A program made the position numbers and the translations under genes. Source: Mobula birostris (taxonomy: Eukaryota). From it: DNA of 64,000 nt. The notes beneath the pieces were generated by a model, which ran no database searches, was not told where the DNA came from, and worked only from the letters and a program-made list of their open reading frames with translations. The stretch spans positions 21,927,825-21,991,824 of the forward strand of contig NC_092393.1 in assembly GCF_030028105.1 (NCBI RefSeq). The letters are read 5' to 3'. Shown piece after piece: positions 22,069 through 33,745 of this stretch. The stretch's first letter is position 1; every line of letters starts with the position of its first letter.

Positions 22069-25000
22069 AACATAGAAACATAGAAACATAGAAAATAGGT
22101 GCAGGAGTAGGCCATTCGGCCCTTCGAGCCTGCACCGCCATTTATTATGATCATGACTGATCATCCAACTCAGAACCCTGCACCAGCCTTCCCTCCATAC
22201 CCCCTTACCCCCATAGCCACAAGGGCCATATCTAACTCCCTCTTAAATATAGCCAATGAACTGGCCTCAACTGTTTCCTGTGGCAGAGAATTCCACAGAT
22301 TCACCACTCTCTGTGTGAAGAAGTTCTTCCTAATCTCGGTCCTAAAAGGCTTCCCCTCTATCCTCAAACTGTGGCCCCTCGTTCTGGACTTCCCCAACGT
22401 CGGGAACAATCTTCCTGCATCTAGCCTGTCCAATCCCTTTAGGATCTTATACGTTTCAATCAGATCCCCCCTCAATCTTCTAAGTTCCAACGAGTACAAG
22501 CCCAGTTCATCCAGTCTTTCTTCATATGAAAGTCCTACCATCCAAGGAATCAATCTGGTGAACCTTCTCTGTACTCCCTCTATGGCAAGGACGTCTTTCC
22601 TCAGATTAGGGAACCAAAACTGCACACAATACTCCAGGTGTGGTCTCACCAAGGCCTTGTACAACTGCAGTAGTACCTCCCTGCTCCTGTACTCGAATCC
22701 TCTCGCAATAAATGCCAGCATACCATTCGCCTTTTTCACCGCCTGCTGTACCTGCATGCCCACTTTCAATGACTGGTGTATAATGACACCCAGGTCTCGT
22801 TGCACCTCCCCTTTTCCCAATCGGCCACCATTCAGATAATAATCTGTTTTCCTATTTTTGCCACCAAAGTGGATAACTTCACATTTATCCACATTAAATT
22901 GCATCTGCCATGAATTTGCCCACTCACCCAACCTATCCAAGTCACCCTGCATCCTCTTAGCATCCTCCTCACAGCTAACACTGCCACCCAGCTTCGTGTC
23001 TTCCGCAAACTTGGAGATGCTGCATTTAATTTCCTCATCCAAGTCATTAATATATATTGTAAACAACTGGGGTCCCGGCACTGAGCCTTGCTGTACCCCA
23101 CTAGTCACCGCCTGCCATTCTGAAAAGGTCCCGTTTATTCCCACTCTTTGCTTCCTGTCTGCTAACCAATTCTCCACCCACACCAATACCTTACCCCCAA
23201 AACCGTGTGCTTTAAGTTTGCACACTAATCTCCTGTGTGGGACCTTGTCAAAAGCCTTTTGAAAATCCAAATATACCACATCCACTGGTTCTCCCCTATC
23301 CACTCTACTAGTTACATCCTCAAAAAATTCTATGAGATTCGTCAGACATGATTTTCCTTTCACAAATCCATGCTGACTTTGTCTGATCATTTCACCGCTT
23401 TCCAAATGTGCTGTTATCACATCCTTGATAACTGACTCCAGCAGTTTCCCCACCACCGACGTTAGGCTAACCGGTCTATAATTCCCTGGTTTCTCTCTCC
23501 CTCCTTTTTTAAAAAGTGGAGTTACATTAGCCACCCTCCAATCCTCAGGAACTAGTCCAGAATCTAACGAGTTTTGAAAAATTATCACTAATGCATCCAC
23601 TATTTCTTGGGCTACTTCCTTAAGCACTCTAGGATGCAGACCATCTGGCCCTGGGGATTTATCTGCCTTCAATCCCTTCAATTTACCTAACACCACTTTC
23701 CTACTAACATGTATTTCGCTCAGTTCCTCCATCTCACTGGACCCTCTGTCCCCTACTATTTCTGGAAGATTATTTATGTCCTCCTTAGTGAAGACAGAAC
23801 CAAAGTAATTATTCAATTGGTCTGCCATGCCCTTGCTCCCCATAATCAATTCACCTGTTTCTGTCTGCAGGGGACCTACATTTGTCTTTACCAGTCTTTT
23901 CCTTTTTACATATCTATAAAAGCTTTTACAGTCTGTTTTTATGTTCCCTGCCAGTTTTCTCTCATAATCTTTTTTCCCCTTCCTAATTAAGCCCTTTGTC
24001 CTCCTCTGCTGAACTCTGAATTTCTCCCAGTCCTCAGGTGAGCCACTTTCTCTGGCTAATTTGTATGCTTCTTCTTTGGAATTGATACTATTCCTAATTT
24101 CTCTTGTCAGCCACGGGTGCACTACCTTCCTTCATTTATTCTTTTGCCAAACTGGGATGAACAATTGTTGTAGTTCATCCATGCAATCCTTAAACGCTTG
24201 CCATTGCATATCCACCATCAATCCTTTAAGTGTCATTTGCCAGTCTATCTTAGCTAATTCACGTCTCATACCTTCAAAGTTACCCCTCTTTAAGTTCGGA
24301 ACCTTTGTTTCTGAATTAACTATGTCACTCTCCATCTTAATGAAGAATTCCACCATATTATGGTCACTCTTACCCAAGGGGCCTCTCACGACAAGATTGC
24401 TAATTAACCCTTCCTCAGTGCTCAAAACCCAGTCCAGAATAGCCTGCTCTCTAGTCGGTTCCTCGACATGTTGGTTCAAAACACCATCCCGCATACATTC
24501 CAAGAAATCCTCTTCCTCAGCACCTTTACCAATTTGGTTCACCCAATCTATATGTAGATTGAAGTCACCCATTATAACTGCTGTTCCTTTATTGCACACA
24601 TTTCTAATTTCCTGTTTAATACCATCTCCGACCTCACTACTACTGTTAGGTGGCCTGTACACAACTCCCAACAGCGTCTTCTGCCCCTTAGTGTTACGCA
24701 GCTCTACCCATATCGATTCCACATCTTCCCGGCTTATGTCCTTCCTTTCTATTGCGTTAATCTCATCTTTAACCAGCATCGCCACCCCTCCTCCCCTTCC
24801 TTCATGTCTATCCCTCCTGAATATTGAATATCCCTGAACGTTGAGCTCCCATCCCTGGTCACCCTGCAGCCATGTCTCTGTGATCCCAACTATATCATAA
24901 TCATTAATAACAATCTGCACTTTCAATTCATCCACCCTATTATGAATGCTCCTTGCATTGACACACAAAGCCTTCAGGCGCTCTTTTACAACTCTCTTAG

Positions 25001-25099
25001 CCCTTATACAATTATGCTGAAAAGTGGCCCTTTTTAATGCTTGCCCTGGATTTGTCGGCCTGCCACTTTTACTTTTCTCCTTAGTACTTTCTCCTTAGT
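22069..25099 (-). mobile_element. Young 5'-truncated CR1 LINE
   Basis: (tctatgtt)n 3' octamer repeat at 22069-22092; APE endonuclease and RT ORFs in one frame; aacat on both sides. Confidence 0.95.
22170..24968 (-). pseudogene. CR1 ORF2 (APE endonuclease plus reverse transcriptase), one in-frame stop
   Basis: NARS, ITETW, GDFN, SDHN; NYRPVSLTS, YLDFQKAFD, QGSVPGP, FAEDTK; the 278-aa and 650-aa ORFs share a frame, separated by TGA at 24132-24134. Confidence 0.93.
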
Positions 25100-25594
25100 A
25101 ACATCAGAGATCGAAACACATCACAGCAAGGGTCAATGCGATGATGAGGAGAAGACACTGAAGCTTTTTGCCCTTCACTTCCAGCTTTTACACTTTATAC
25201 AACGCACCTGAAATCCAATTGATTTAACTATACTTAGAGTCAATTCCCAAAAGCGTGTTGGTTCGAACTGCACATTGCATTCTCTTTTGTTATGACTGAA
25301 TAAACAACTAGCTCACACCAATACTGTTTGAAGTTTTCTTTTTGGTTACAATACCTTATGGATTTGATTATGTGTGTGTTTATTCAACTTGTTTTTTTTG
25401 CCACAGTAATGTTGAAGAACAGTTCCAAGATGTGTAAGTTAAATGAATATTAATGAGCGAATGTCAGCTGCTTTTAATTGCAAGTGCTTGTAAAGTTTGA
25501 AAATTGGCCTGTTGGGATTCAACAGTCTGATTGCTGTTTTTTGAAAATTACCATTTGGTTGCTCTGTCATCTTTGAATCAAAGGTTATTGCTGC

Positions 25595-25722
25595 AAATTA
25601 TCTGATCACTCCCTCATTGTTATTTGTGACAGTCTGTAATGGGCAAATGTCCGACAGTGACCACACTTCAGAAATATATTTAATGTGATGGATGAGGCGT
25701 AATACGAACATAATATATTCAT
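25595..25722 (+). mobile_element. Ancient Deu-type SINE 3' fragment
   Basis: attatctgatca...cattgttatttgtg...acagtgaccacacttc resembles the reverse complement of 60080-60180. Confidence 0.45.
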
Positions 25723-26109
25723 TCTAATGACACACAGCTGAAGAGATCATTCGGGAGTCTGCTAGCCTTCATGCATTCGTATACATCCGGTGAATTATGT
25801 GTACCGCACTCCACCCCTACCACTTTACACTCATACTTGAACAAAATACCGTCACTTGCCATTGATGGTCTCAAGTGAATGTTGTTCACCTGATTAAGAA
25901 AACAGAAGGAGCATGGACAGGAAGCCAGCGTATTCCAGAGAGATGAGAATGAGCCTACTAAAACTAAACTAAAATAATGAAAACAATTTAAATATTTCAG
26001 TAGTCAGGGTTACAAATCTGAATGTGCCAGTGCATCTTTAGCATTCAGAAATATGTGCTTTTCAAGTACATTTTTTAATGGAGCAGTAGCATGTTGTGAA
26101 GTTACAAAA

Positions 26110-26395
26110 GCCAGAGTTCTGGTCCATCTGACCGACCCATGTTAAAATTGCACCAAAGCAGAAATGAAATAAAATGTGTAATTTAGTAAAACCCGGTGTT
26201 TCTACCTTTAGCCGTGAAATTAGCAGGCTGTTGTAAACACCCATCTGATTCACTAACGTTCTTTGAGGTAGGGTTTCAGGTAGAACCAGTATGAAATTCT
26301 AGGTCTAACAATCTGGTTGGCCTTTGGCAGCCTCCTCATTTCAAAGTGGTGATGCATGCCAAGATTGCTAGTGACCTCCATGTCTTGTGAATGAA
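26110..26395 (+). mobile_element. Old SINE (possibly Meta-type)
   Basis: gttgtaaacacccatctgattcactaacgttcttt; related to 4455-4760. Confidence 0.45.
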
Positions 26396-26429
26396 GGCAG
26401 AAGATTATGCGCAGAACTCTCTTAACACG

Positions 26430-26700
26430 CTCACTAGAGCTGTTATCTCACAGTAAGCCTGTTTCAATTCTGACTCCTCTGGTGCTGTTGATGTGGCATG
26501 TCCACATTCTCCCTATGACTGCAAGAAATTCATCCATATCCCCGAAGACATGGCTGGTATGTTATAAGTAGTTCCTAGTATGGGTGATGGTAAAATCAGG
26601 GGGAAATTGGTGAGATTAGTACAGGACTGGTATAAATGGTTGCTTGGTAGTCAATGTTGGCTCAATAGAGTGCATGACTCTCCAAAGCTGTGTGACTCTG
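26430..26700 (+). mobile_element. Decayed V-SINE
   Basis: tgttatctcacag...cacattctccctatgactgc...catatccccgaagac. Confidence 0.5.
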
Positions 26701-27837
26701 TAACATCATGACTTCACAATCTCTCACAAATTAATCACCTTCAGTATTTCAGGATGCTTCAAGCAAAAGTAGAACATTGATGGATCTGTTTCTATTGAAG
26801 CTTATCTCCTGAACCAGGACTTTGCCAATTTAATCATTTAACGTTAAGCAGGTCCTTCTAGAACCATGTGTTCAACCTCCAACAAGTTGATTTCAGCACC
26901 AATGAACTTTGTAAATATGAATAGAAATCACAAAAGTTCAGAAATTAACATCTATTGCAAGGTCGAGTGCAGAATGCCCCAGGCATCGATGAATAATACA
27001 ATTAAGGAATCTCAAACTGCACCTGGTGCCTTCATGAGTGGGGTAAGAATAAGCTGGGGTGCTGGCTACACAATGGTTAATCACCCGTTGACTGTCATGA
27101 CACACTTGCTACAATCTCCAGGCCTGGAACTGAGCCAGGTGAAAGACTAACGCACACCCACCCTCACCACCGTCATCGCAGACGTCTGAGTCATGCTGCC
27201 TTCACACCTCCCTTTGCAGTTATCTCTTGAGCAAGCCTCTGTTCATGTTGGTGGGTATAAATTGGATGAAGGAGGGAGCACAGAAAGGACAGGTCTCTGT
27301 ACCTCTATGCCATGCCAAACATCACTTTTCTATTGGAGAACAGCTCATAATTAGCCTCCCTATGCCCACTAACAGCACACTTGGAAATGTTGAAGCAAAT
27401 TTTTCCAAGCCGTAAGAACCTTTGACTCTATCTTCTCAATTGGCATCACCCTACTCAATGCCATCACTGATCTGTTCAAGAGTGTCATCATTCTGCTAAA
27501 TTAAGACTGTGTTAGTCCTTGGAGGCCTCTCTCTGTTTCTGTAGAACTTCAAGTTGCTCCTATGTGGCAGAACTGAGACCTATCACTGTAGCCTGCAGAG
27601 AGGACGAAAGACATGACGGGGCATCCTCCCACCAGCTGAAATCAAAACCCGTGGATCTGTTGCCAATTGTTTAGTAATAACCACCAGAATGGAGGTCGTG
27701 GCCTCCTGATTCCATGGCACACCCCTCCAGAACATTGAGGTGGACTCCATCCTCCTCACCATTTCCTGCAACAGGCCGGGCAGTTATGATGAGGTACCTG
27801 CCATCCCAGAGTGATCTTCATCAACCTTATTATGGAG

Positions 27838-27916
27838 CAGGGTTTCCCAACCTTTTTATGCCAAGGACCAATGCCATTAAACAAGGGCTCTGTGGACCCT
27901 ATGTTGGGAACCCCTG
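27838..27916. mobile_element. 79-bp hAT (Charlie-like) MITE
   Basis: TIRs CAGGGTTTCCCAAC / GTTGGGAACCCCTG; 8-bp TSD ttatggag / tcatggag. Confidence 0.85.
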
Positions 27917-28254
27917 TCATGGAGAGTCCCAAATGTGGATCTTATATTGGACATCTGTGGTAATGTGGATGTGTGCACAAGTACTGCCCAGTGTACTATC
28001 CTGTGGCATACTTCACTCTAATCTGTTCACCTCTCATGGTGCAGTGCCTGAGCTGGTGCTATGTGATACAATATGTTCATTATCATCATCCCTGTCCTTT
28101 TCTGTCCTGCTCCAGCTCCTCAGCTCTGGGAGGTGGCATTTAGGTGGCCTCTGCTGATAGGCTGCAAAGATTAAACAAAAGATAAGCATACTTATAGGCA
28201 TCATCCAAAATATCTGTGATGCAGCTACATTATTGGTAATGAAGGCGAAAACTA

Positions 28255-28850
28255 AGTTCAAAGTAACTTTATTATTGAAGTATGTATATGCCACCATACA
28301 CTATTCTGAGTTTCATTTTCTTGTAGGTTTTCACAGGAAAACAGATGAAAACAATAGAATCAATGAAAAACTACGCACAGACAAAGATGAACAAACAACC
28401 AACGTTCAAAGGAGGACAAACTATACAAATACAAAAATTGAAAAAAATAATATTGAGAATATGAGTTGTCGAGTCCTTGAAAGTGAATCCATAGGTTGTG
28501 GAGTCAGTTCAGTGCTGGGGTGAGTGAACCTATTCATGCTGAAGATATTAACAGTTCCTAAACCTGGTGGTGAGGGACCTCCTTCTCAATGTCAGCAGTC
28601 AAAAGAGAGCATGGCCTGGATGGTGGGGGTCTTTGGTAATGGATGTTGCTTTCTTATGGCAGTGCTCCTTGTAAGTGTGTTCAATGGAGTGGAGGGTTGT
28701 TTCCTGTGATGACTGTATCCACTACCTTTTGTAGGCTTCTCTGTTCCTGGGCTTTTGTGTTTCTGCACCAGGCTGTGATACAACCAGTCAGGATATTCTT
28801 GACTGTACATCTATACAGGTTTGTCAAAGTTTTAGATGACTATAAATCAA
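28255..28850 (-). mobile_element. Rex/Babar LINE 3' portion
   Basis: YRCTVKNILTGCITAW-like remnant near 28770-28820 plus 3' tail. Confidence 0.75.
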
Positions 28851-29271
28851 ATAGTTTGTGTCAAATCATATAGTTTAGAAACTCTAAATCAAATCAGTGA
28901 GTTTGTAATCATTATAATGAGGTACAGATAGTCAGCTTATCTGACAAGATTTCTTATATCTTCTGCTCTTGAGATTGTTAGGGACTTTTACTGAAAGGAA
29001 CAGGGCCTAGTCCAGGTTGGTGAAGTGGTGAACTTGTGAAGCCCTCACTCTATATGGGTGGTTTCTCTCCTATCCTCATGCTGCGTTACCCTGAATGGTG
29101 GAAGTGACATCGATTGTCATGTCTTTGGAGGTTTGATGTTGGAGTGGAGGGGCTAAAATGGTGATGTAGCTGAATGGAGTAATGTTTAGTGTGAGAGCGT
29201 GTGAGTGTGTTTCCATAGAGTTCATGCCTGAATAAGTGTCTCAATGTGAGAAAGCAGTATCTCCAGTGGTC

Positions 29272-29370
29272 TTACTTACCTTGTGAAATCATGACATTTC
29301 CTATGGCATTCTTCTACACCACATGGAATCCTTCCCCAGAAACTGATCACTCCAGCCACCTTCCACCAAG
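29272..29370 (-). pseudogene. Myb/SANT-like exon remnant, probably from a Harbinger transposon
   Basis: WWKVAGVISFWGRIPCGVEECHRKCHDFTR followed directly by the splice donor AG|GTAAGT. Confidence 0.5.
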
Positions 29371-29514
29371 TCTCCACACCCTCATTCAGCTACCTCCACA
29401 CTTGTGTTATTAAGCCTAGCTTGTTTTCTGGTTTATCATGGACATTCTCTTTTCCTTTCTGCCCTATCCACTTATCTACTGCATAAAGCATGCACCCACA
29501 TGGCTTCACCCCTC

Positions 29515-30165
29515 GCAAACAAGAGAACATCTGCAGATGCTGGAAATTCAAGCAGCACATACAAAATGCTGGAGGAACTCAGCAGGTCAGGCAACATCTA
29601 TGGAAATGAATAGATAGGCAACATTTCAGACCAAGATCTTTCTTCAGGATTGAGAAGGAAGGGAGAAAATGCCAGAATAAAAAAGCGGAATTAGGGGAAG
29701 GTGGCTAGCTGGAAGGTAATAGGGGTGAAGCCAGGTGGGTGGGAAGGTCAAGAACTAGAGAAGAAAGAATCTGATTGTAGATGAGAGTGGACCATGAGAG
29801 AGAGGGAAGGAGGATGGGACCCAGGGGGAGGTGGTAGGCAGATGAGAAGAGGTAAAAGGTCAGAGTGGGGATCAGAAAAAGGGGGAGGAAATTTGTTGAC
29901 CAGAAGTAGAAATCGATATTCATGCCATCAAGTTGAAGGCTACCCAGACGGGAATATAAGGCATTTCTCTTCCACCCTGAGGGTGGCCTCATCTTGGCAC
30001 AAGAAGAAGCCATGGACTGACATGTCTCAATGGAAATGGGAATGGGAATTAACATGTTTGCCCGCAGGGAAGTCCCGCTTATTTGGATAGTGCAGAGCTG
30101 TTTGACAAAACAGTCTATTTGCGACAAGTCTTACCAATGCAAAGGAGGCTGTATCGGGAGCACAT
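29515..30165 (-). mobile_element. Penelope-like element 3' portion (GIY-YIG C-terminus and pLTR), decayed
   Basis: LGSLQLDGMNIDF; degenerate hammerhead CTGAAGA...GAAATGTT at 29617-29650. Confidence 0.8.
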
Positions 30166-30811
30166 TTAACTAACTAAAATTAAGGATGCACTCAGTACTA
30201 GCAGAAAAGAGAAGAGAAGAAGTTGCAATATCCTCTATTCCTTAGCTGCTTTGATTTGTTCCAAGTTCTAGTATACAGTACAGTGCCATTTGTGAAAAAG
30301 GATATGAGGATTTATCATGGTGAGTGATTATTAATATTCACAGGCATGCCTGTTCTTGAAAAGTGAATAACCTAGGTAATATTTGCCTGCTTCACGTTAA
30401 AAAAAAATATTGATACAAAACATTCACGGAGTCTTCGGCTGCCAATTATATACATTGTTTTTTCATTTGTTGTGCAGCTTTAACCATTTTTCAGTCTGTA
30501 AACTATAACATGGAGCACTAAGTTCTCACAGTGATTCAAATGCACCACTTCCACATTCCCCAGGGCACAGTGTTACCGCAATGCTCAATGGAGCATTGCT
30601 TCTACAGCCCACGTACACAGTGAATTCAGTGTGAATCTCACTGTGAGTGGAACTGATCCATGGCTCTGATGGCATTGTCGGTCAGTTTGTCGAATCATTG
30701 GACAATTAAATTAAACGCGTGCTTAAATCTCATTTATTGCTGCATGTATTTTTGATTATAAGAGGTAGTGTGCTTTTGTTGAGTGTTTTAGAAGAGGGAT
30801 ACCCTAAAGCT

Positions 30812-31020
30812 TGGCCGTCTGGTGTTGTATTGGCATCCACATCGGACTTCAAGGTGAATGGTCCTAGGTTCAAATCCAGCTGGCTCCTTGAATGCTTTCC
30901 ATCCTTGCTGGGTTGAGCATCGAGCTAGCCACTCCGCCTCATAAAAAATAGACAAATGCTAAGGAAATGGCAAGGTTGCTGCCCGATGTGCCATGAGGCA
31001 CGGAAAGGAACAACAACTGC
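30812..31020 (+). mobile_element. tRNA-derived SINE with (aac)n tail
   Basis: B box ggttcaaatcc; tail aacaacaac; TSD aaagcttgg at 30806-30814 and 31021-31029. Confidence 0.7.
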
Positions 31021-31984
31021 AAAGCTTGGGTGTCTCTGGCGATCTTAACGAAGAAGGTTTTGGGTATGTACAGTATGTATTTATAACTTAAACTACAATG
31101 AAATATGTACCATCATCATAGTTGCGATTTTCTTTCCTATATGCTTACAGCTAACCCTTCAACTCCAAGCTTCTAAACCACATCAGCCTGACCAAGAGCA
31201 CCAATTTCTACAGACAGTGCTGATGATCAAATCCAACAGCACTCAATTATTTGCAGGAAAATGGACAAAACTGTAGAAATTATTCAGCACTGGCAAAATA
31301 TCACAATTTCAAATTAGGAAATAACGAATCTGAGGAATTTGGTCACAACAGGAAACATCGCCCTGTTGATTTACCTTGAGAGAATTGCATATTCGTCAGC
31401 TGTGGCACTAAACCAGTATCCCTTTAAACAACATGCTCACTTCCCATTCTAACTTTTGCATTCATGAATGACAGATTAGATTATGCCTTTCATCAAAGTT
31501 AACCTAGTATATTTATTTTATATATCCATCTTATTCTTCACTCCTTCTTGGATAGAATGAACTATATTTAATCCCTGCCATTCTCACCTGTTCGCGGTGG
31601 ATGGATAATCTTGTTTATCTCTGGGTTCAGCATCCAAACGAACATTCTGAAATGGCCTCTAGGAAATGTTCACTGACATTTTGATACTTAATTTACAGCT
31701 GTGCTTTATTAGCCAGCTGATTCATTTGGATTTATTTGATGAAAATCTTCTAAGAACATATTCCCTAGCATTTTTTTTCTATCTTCCCCTGAAGGTACTG
31801 ACTCATCGCTCTCCGATCTCCTATGCAAGGCAGTGCTTGCAGGTGATAGATTCACAGTAGGTATTAGAACGTATACTGTACTCAATGGGAATGCTTGCTC
31901 TGTCAGCAATGAAAACATAACACTTTTATTTCAAGTGCTTCCTATCTTGGTTACACTGAAGTCAATTATAATTCCACCTTTAAT

Positions 31985-32300
31985 CACAAGAACACAGAAA
32001 ATGGGAGAAGGAGTGGGGCTTCCTATGCACGATCGTTAAATAATGGTCCCAGTATATTGTGGCTATGCCTCCTTGTTTGAGATTCTCCTTCGAGAGTAAA
32101 TAATTTGACATCTATCCTGTTATGCACCCTCATATGCTCTACTAAGAACATTCCTTCTTCTACTAAAGAATACAAATCTAGTATCTTCAGCCATTCTTGG
32201 TAGGACAACACTCACATTTCTTGTATGTATCATGCTAGTGATTCTCTCCTGTATGAGTATATCCTCATTTAAATAACAAGGTGTCATCGTCAAATAAGGT
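31985..32300 (-). mobile_element. Old CR1 3' fragment
   Basis: ORF 32023-32211 LDLYSL...KLFTLEGESQTRRHS. Confidence 0.6.
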
Positions 32301-32756
32301 ATTACAGAAATAGTGGTAAATAGTGGTAAACCAGAAACTTCGGAGTTCAAATCAATTTGTGGGTATTTATACAATTAAATACTATAACATAACTGTTGTA
32401 ACTATGAATGACTGCAGATAATGAAAACTAATGATTTGGATCTTTGTCAATGTAAAGAAACAAGTAATCCTTTCTGGTCCAGCGTATGGATGTAATTCCA
32501 GTCCTTATCATTACAGGTTTGATTCCCAATTGTTCGGAGATGTTCCACAAGTAGAGTGGGGTAAGAAGTCTGGAATTGTTGGTATGTTTTGTATGCAAAG
32601 AATCAAATACTGGGGCTAGTCTTCTTTGGTCTTGCAACCTTTTAGAAAAATTCCAAAATGATATGAAATAGTAGTCCAGCCAATTTGTAGGTCTTAGCAA
32701 ATGCAGTCATTGTAGGAATCAAACTACTTTCTTTTAAAACAATATTCCTAATTATT

Positions 32757-32850
32757 GTGTCCTGACGAAGGGTCTTGGCCTGAAACATTGACTATACCTC
32801 TTCCTACAGATGCTGCCTGCCCTGCTGCATTCCACCAGCATTTTGTGTGG
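32757..32850 (+). mobile_element. 94-nt Penelope-like pLTR mini-insertion with hammerhead motif
   Basis: gtcCTGACGAagggtcttggcctGAAACATTgac; 13-bp TSD attcctaattatt at 32744-32756 and 32851-32863. Confidence 0.85.
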
Positions 32851-33139
32851 ATTCCTAATTATTAACAGACTGTTCCTGAGTCTTGTACGCTTTACTCCTA
32901 CTTCCTGTGAATCCAGTGTATCCACAGCTTTTTTGACATTCTTTCTATATTATTGAAAAACATTCAGGTGATCGACCACACGCAGGAGCGGAAAAGAGGA
33001 AACTGTGTGATAATGGATAAATGATGCGTAGCTTTGCTTTTCAAAACTTGTTGAGCTGTGGGAGGACTGATGGGACGAAGAATTCAAGAAGAATGAGTGC
33101 TATACTTTAAACAACCCTCCGTGGTAACAAAGATTCAGG

Positions 33140-33745
33140 AAATCACTGTTGCAAGCCTCCTGTCCATGGCTTCTACCCCACTGTTATAACATTATTGTAT
33201 TGCATGGTATGATAAGAAAATCTGTTGACCTGATAATGTACCTTGTCCTGACCTTGCACCTTATCGTTTGCTTGCACTGCACTCTCTCAGCAACTATAGC
33301 ACTATATTCTGCATTCTGTTATTGTTCTTCCCTTGTACTACCTCAATGTACTAATGTGATGAATTGATTTGTATGGACGGTATGCAAAACAAAGTCTTTC
33401 ACTGTACTTCGGTACGTGCAACCATAATAAACCAATTTACCAATTTCTTCTTTCTATTTGACCGTCAAGAAATTAATGAAAACTTTAGAATCAGATTTAA
33501 AATCACCAGCATATGTCGTGAAATAGGTTAACTTTATGGCAGCAGTACCATGAACTACATGATAAATAAATAGAGAGAAATAAAACTGAGTTACATTAAG
33601 AATATATAAGTCTATTAAACAGAAGTATGCAAAATAACAGAAATAAAAAAGTAGTGAGGTAGTGCTCATGGGTTCAATGTCCATTTAGAAATCAGATGGC
33701 AGAGCAGAACGAGCTGTTCCTGAATCAGGGAGTGTGTGCTTTGAG
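33140..33745. mobile_element. Two tail-to-tail Rex/Babar 3'UTR fragments (plus 33140-33445, minus 33487-33745)
   Basis: aataaaccaatttaccaattt tail; agaatcagatttaaaatcacc tail like those at 8254 and 14980. Confidence 0.6.

Noticed and set aside
22147-24837. Long plus-strand ORFs (230, 134 and 258 aa)
   Set aside because: Antisense shadows of CR1 ORF2 with no recognisable motifs
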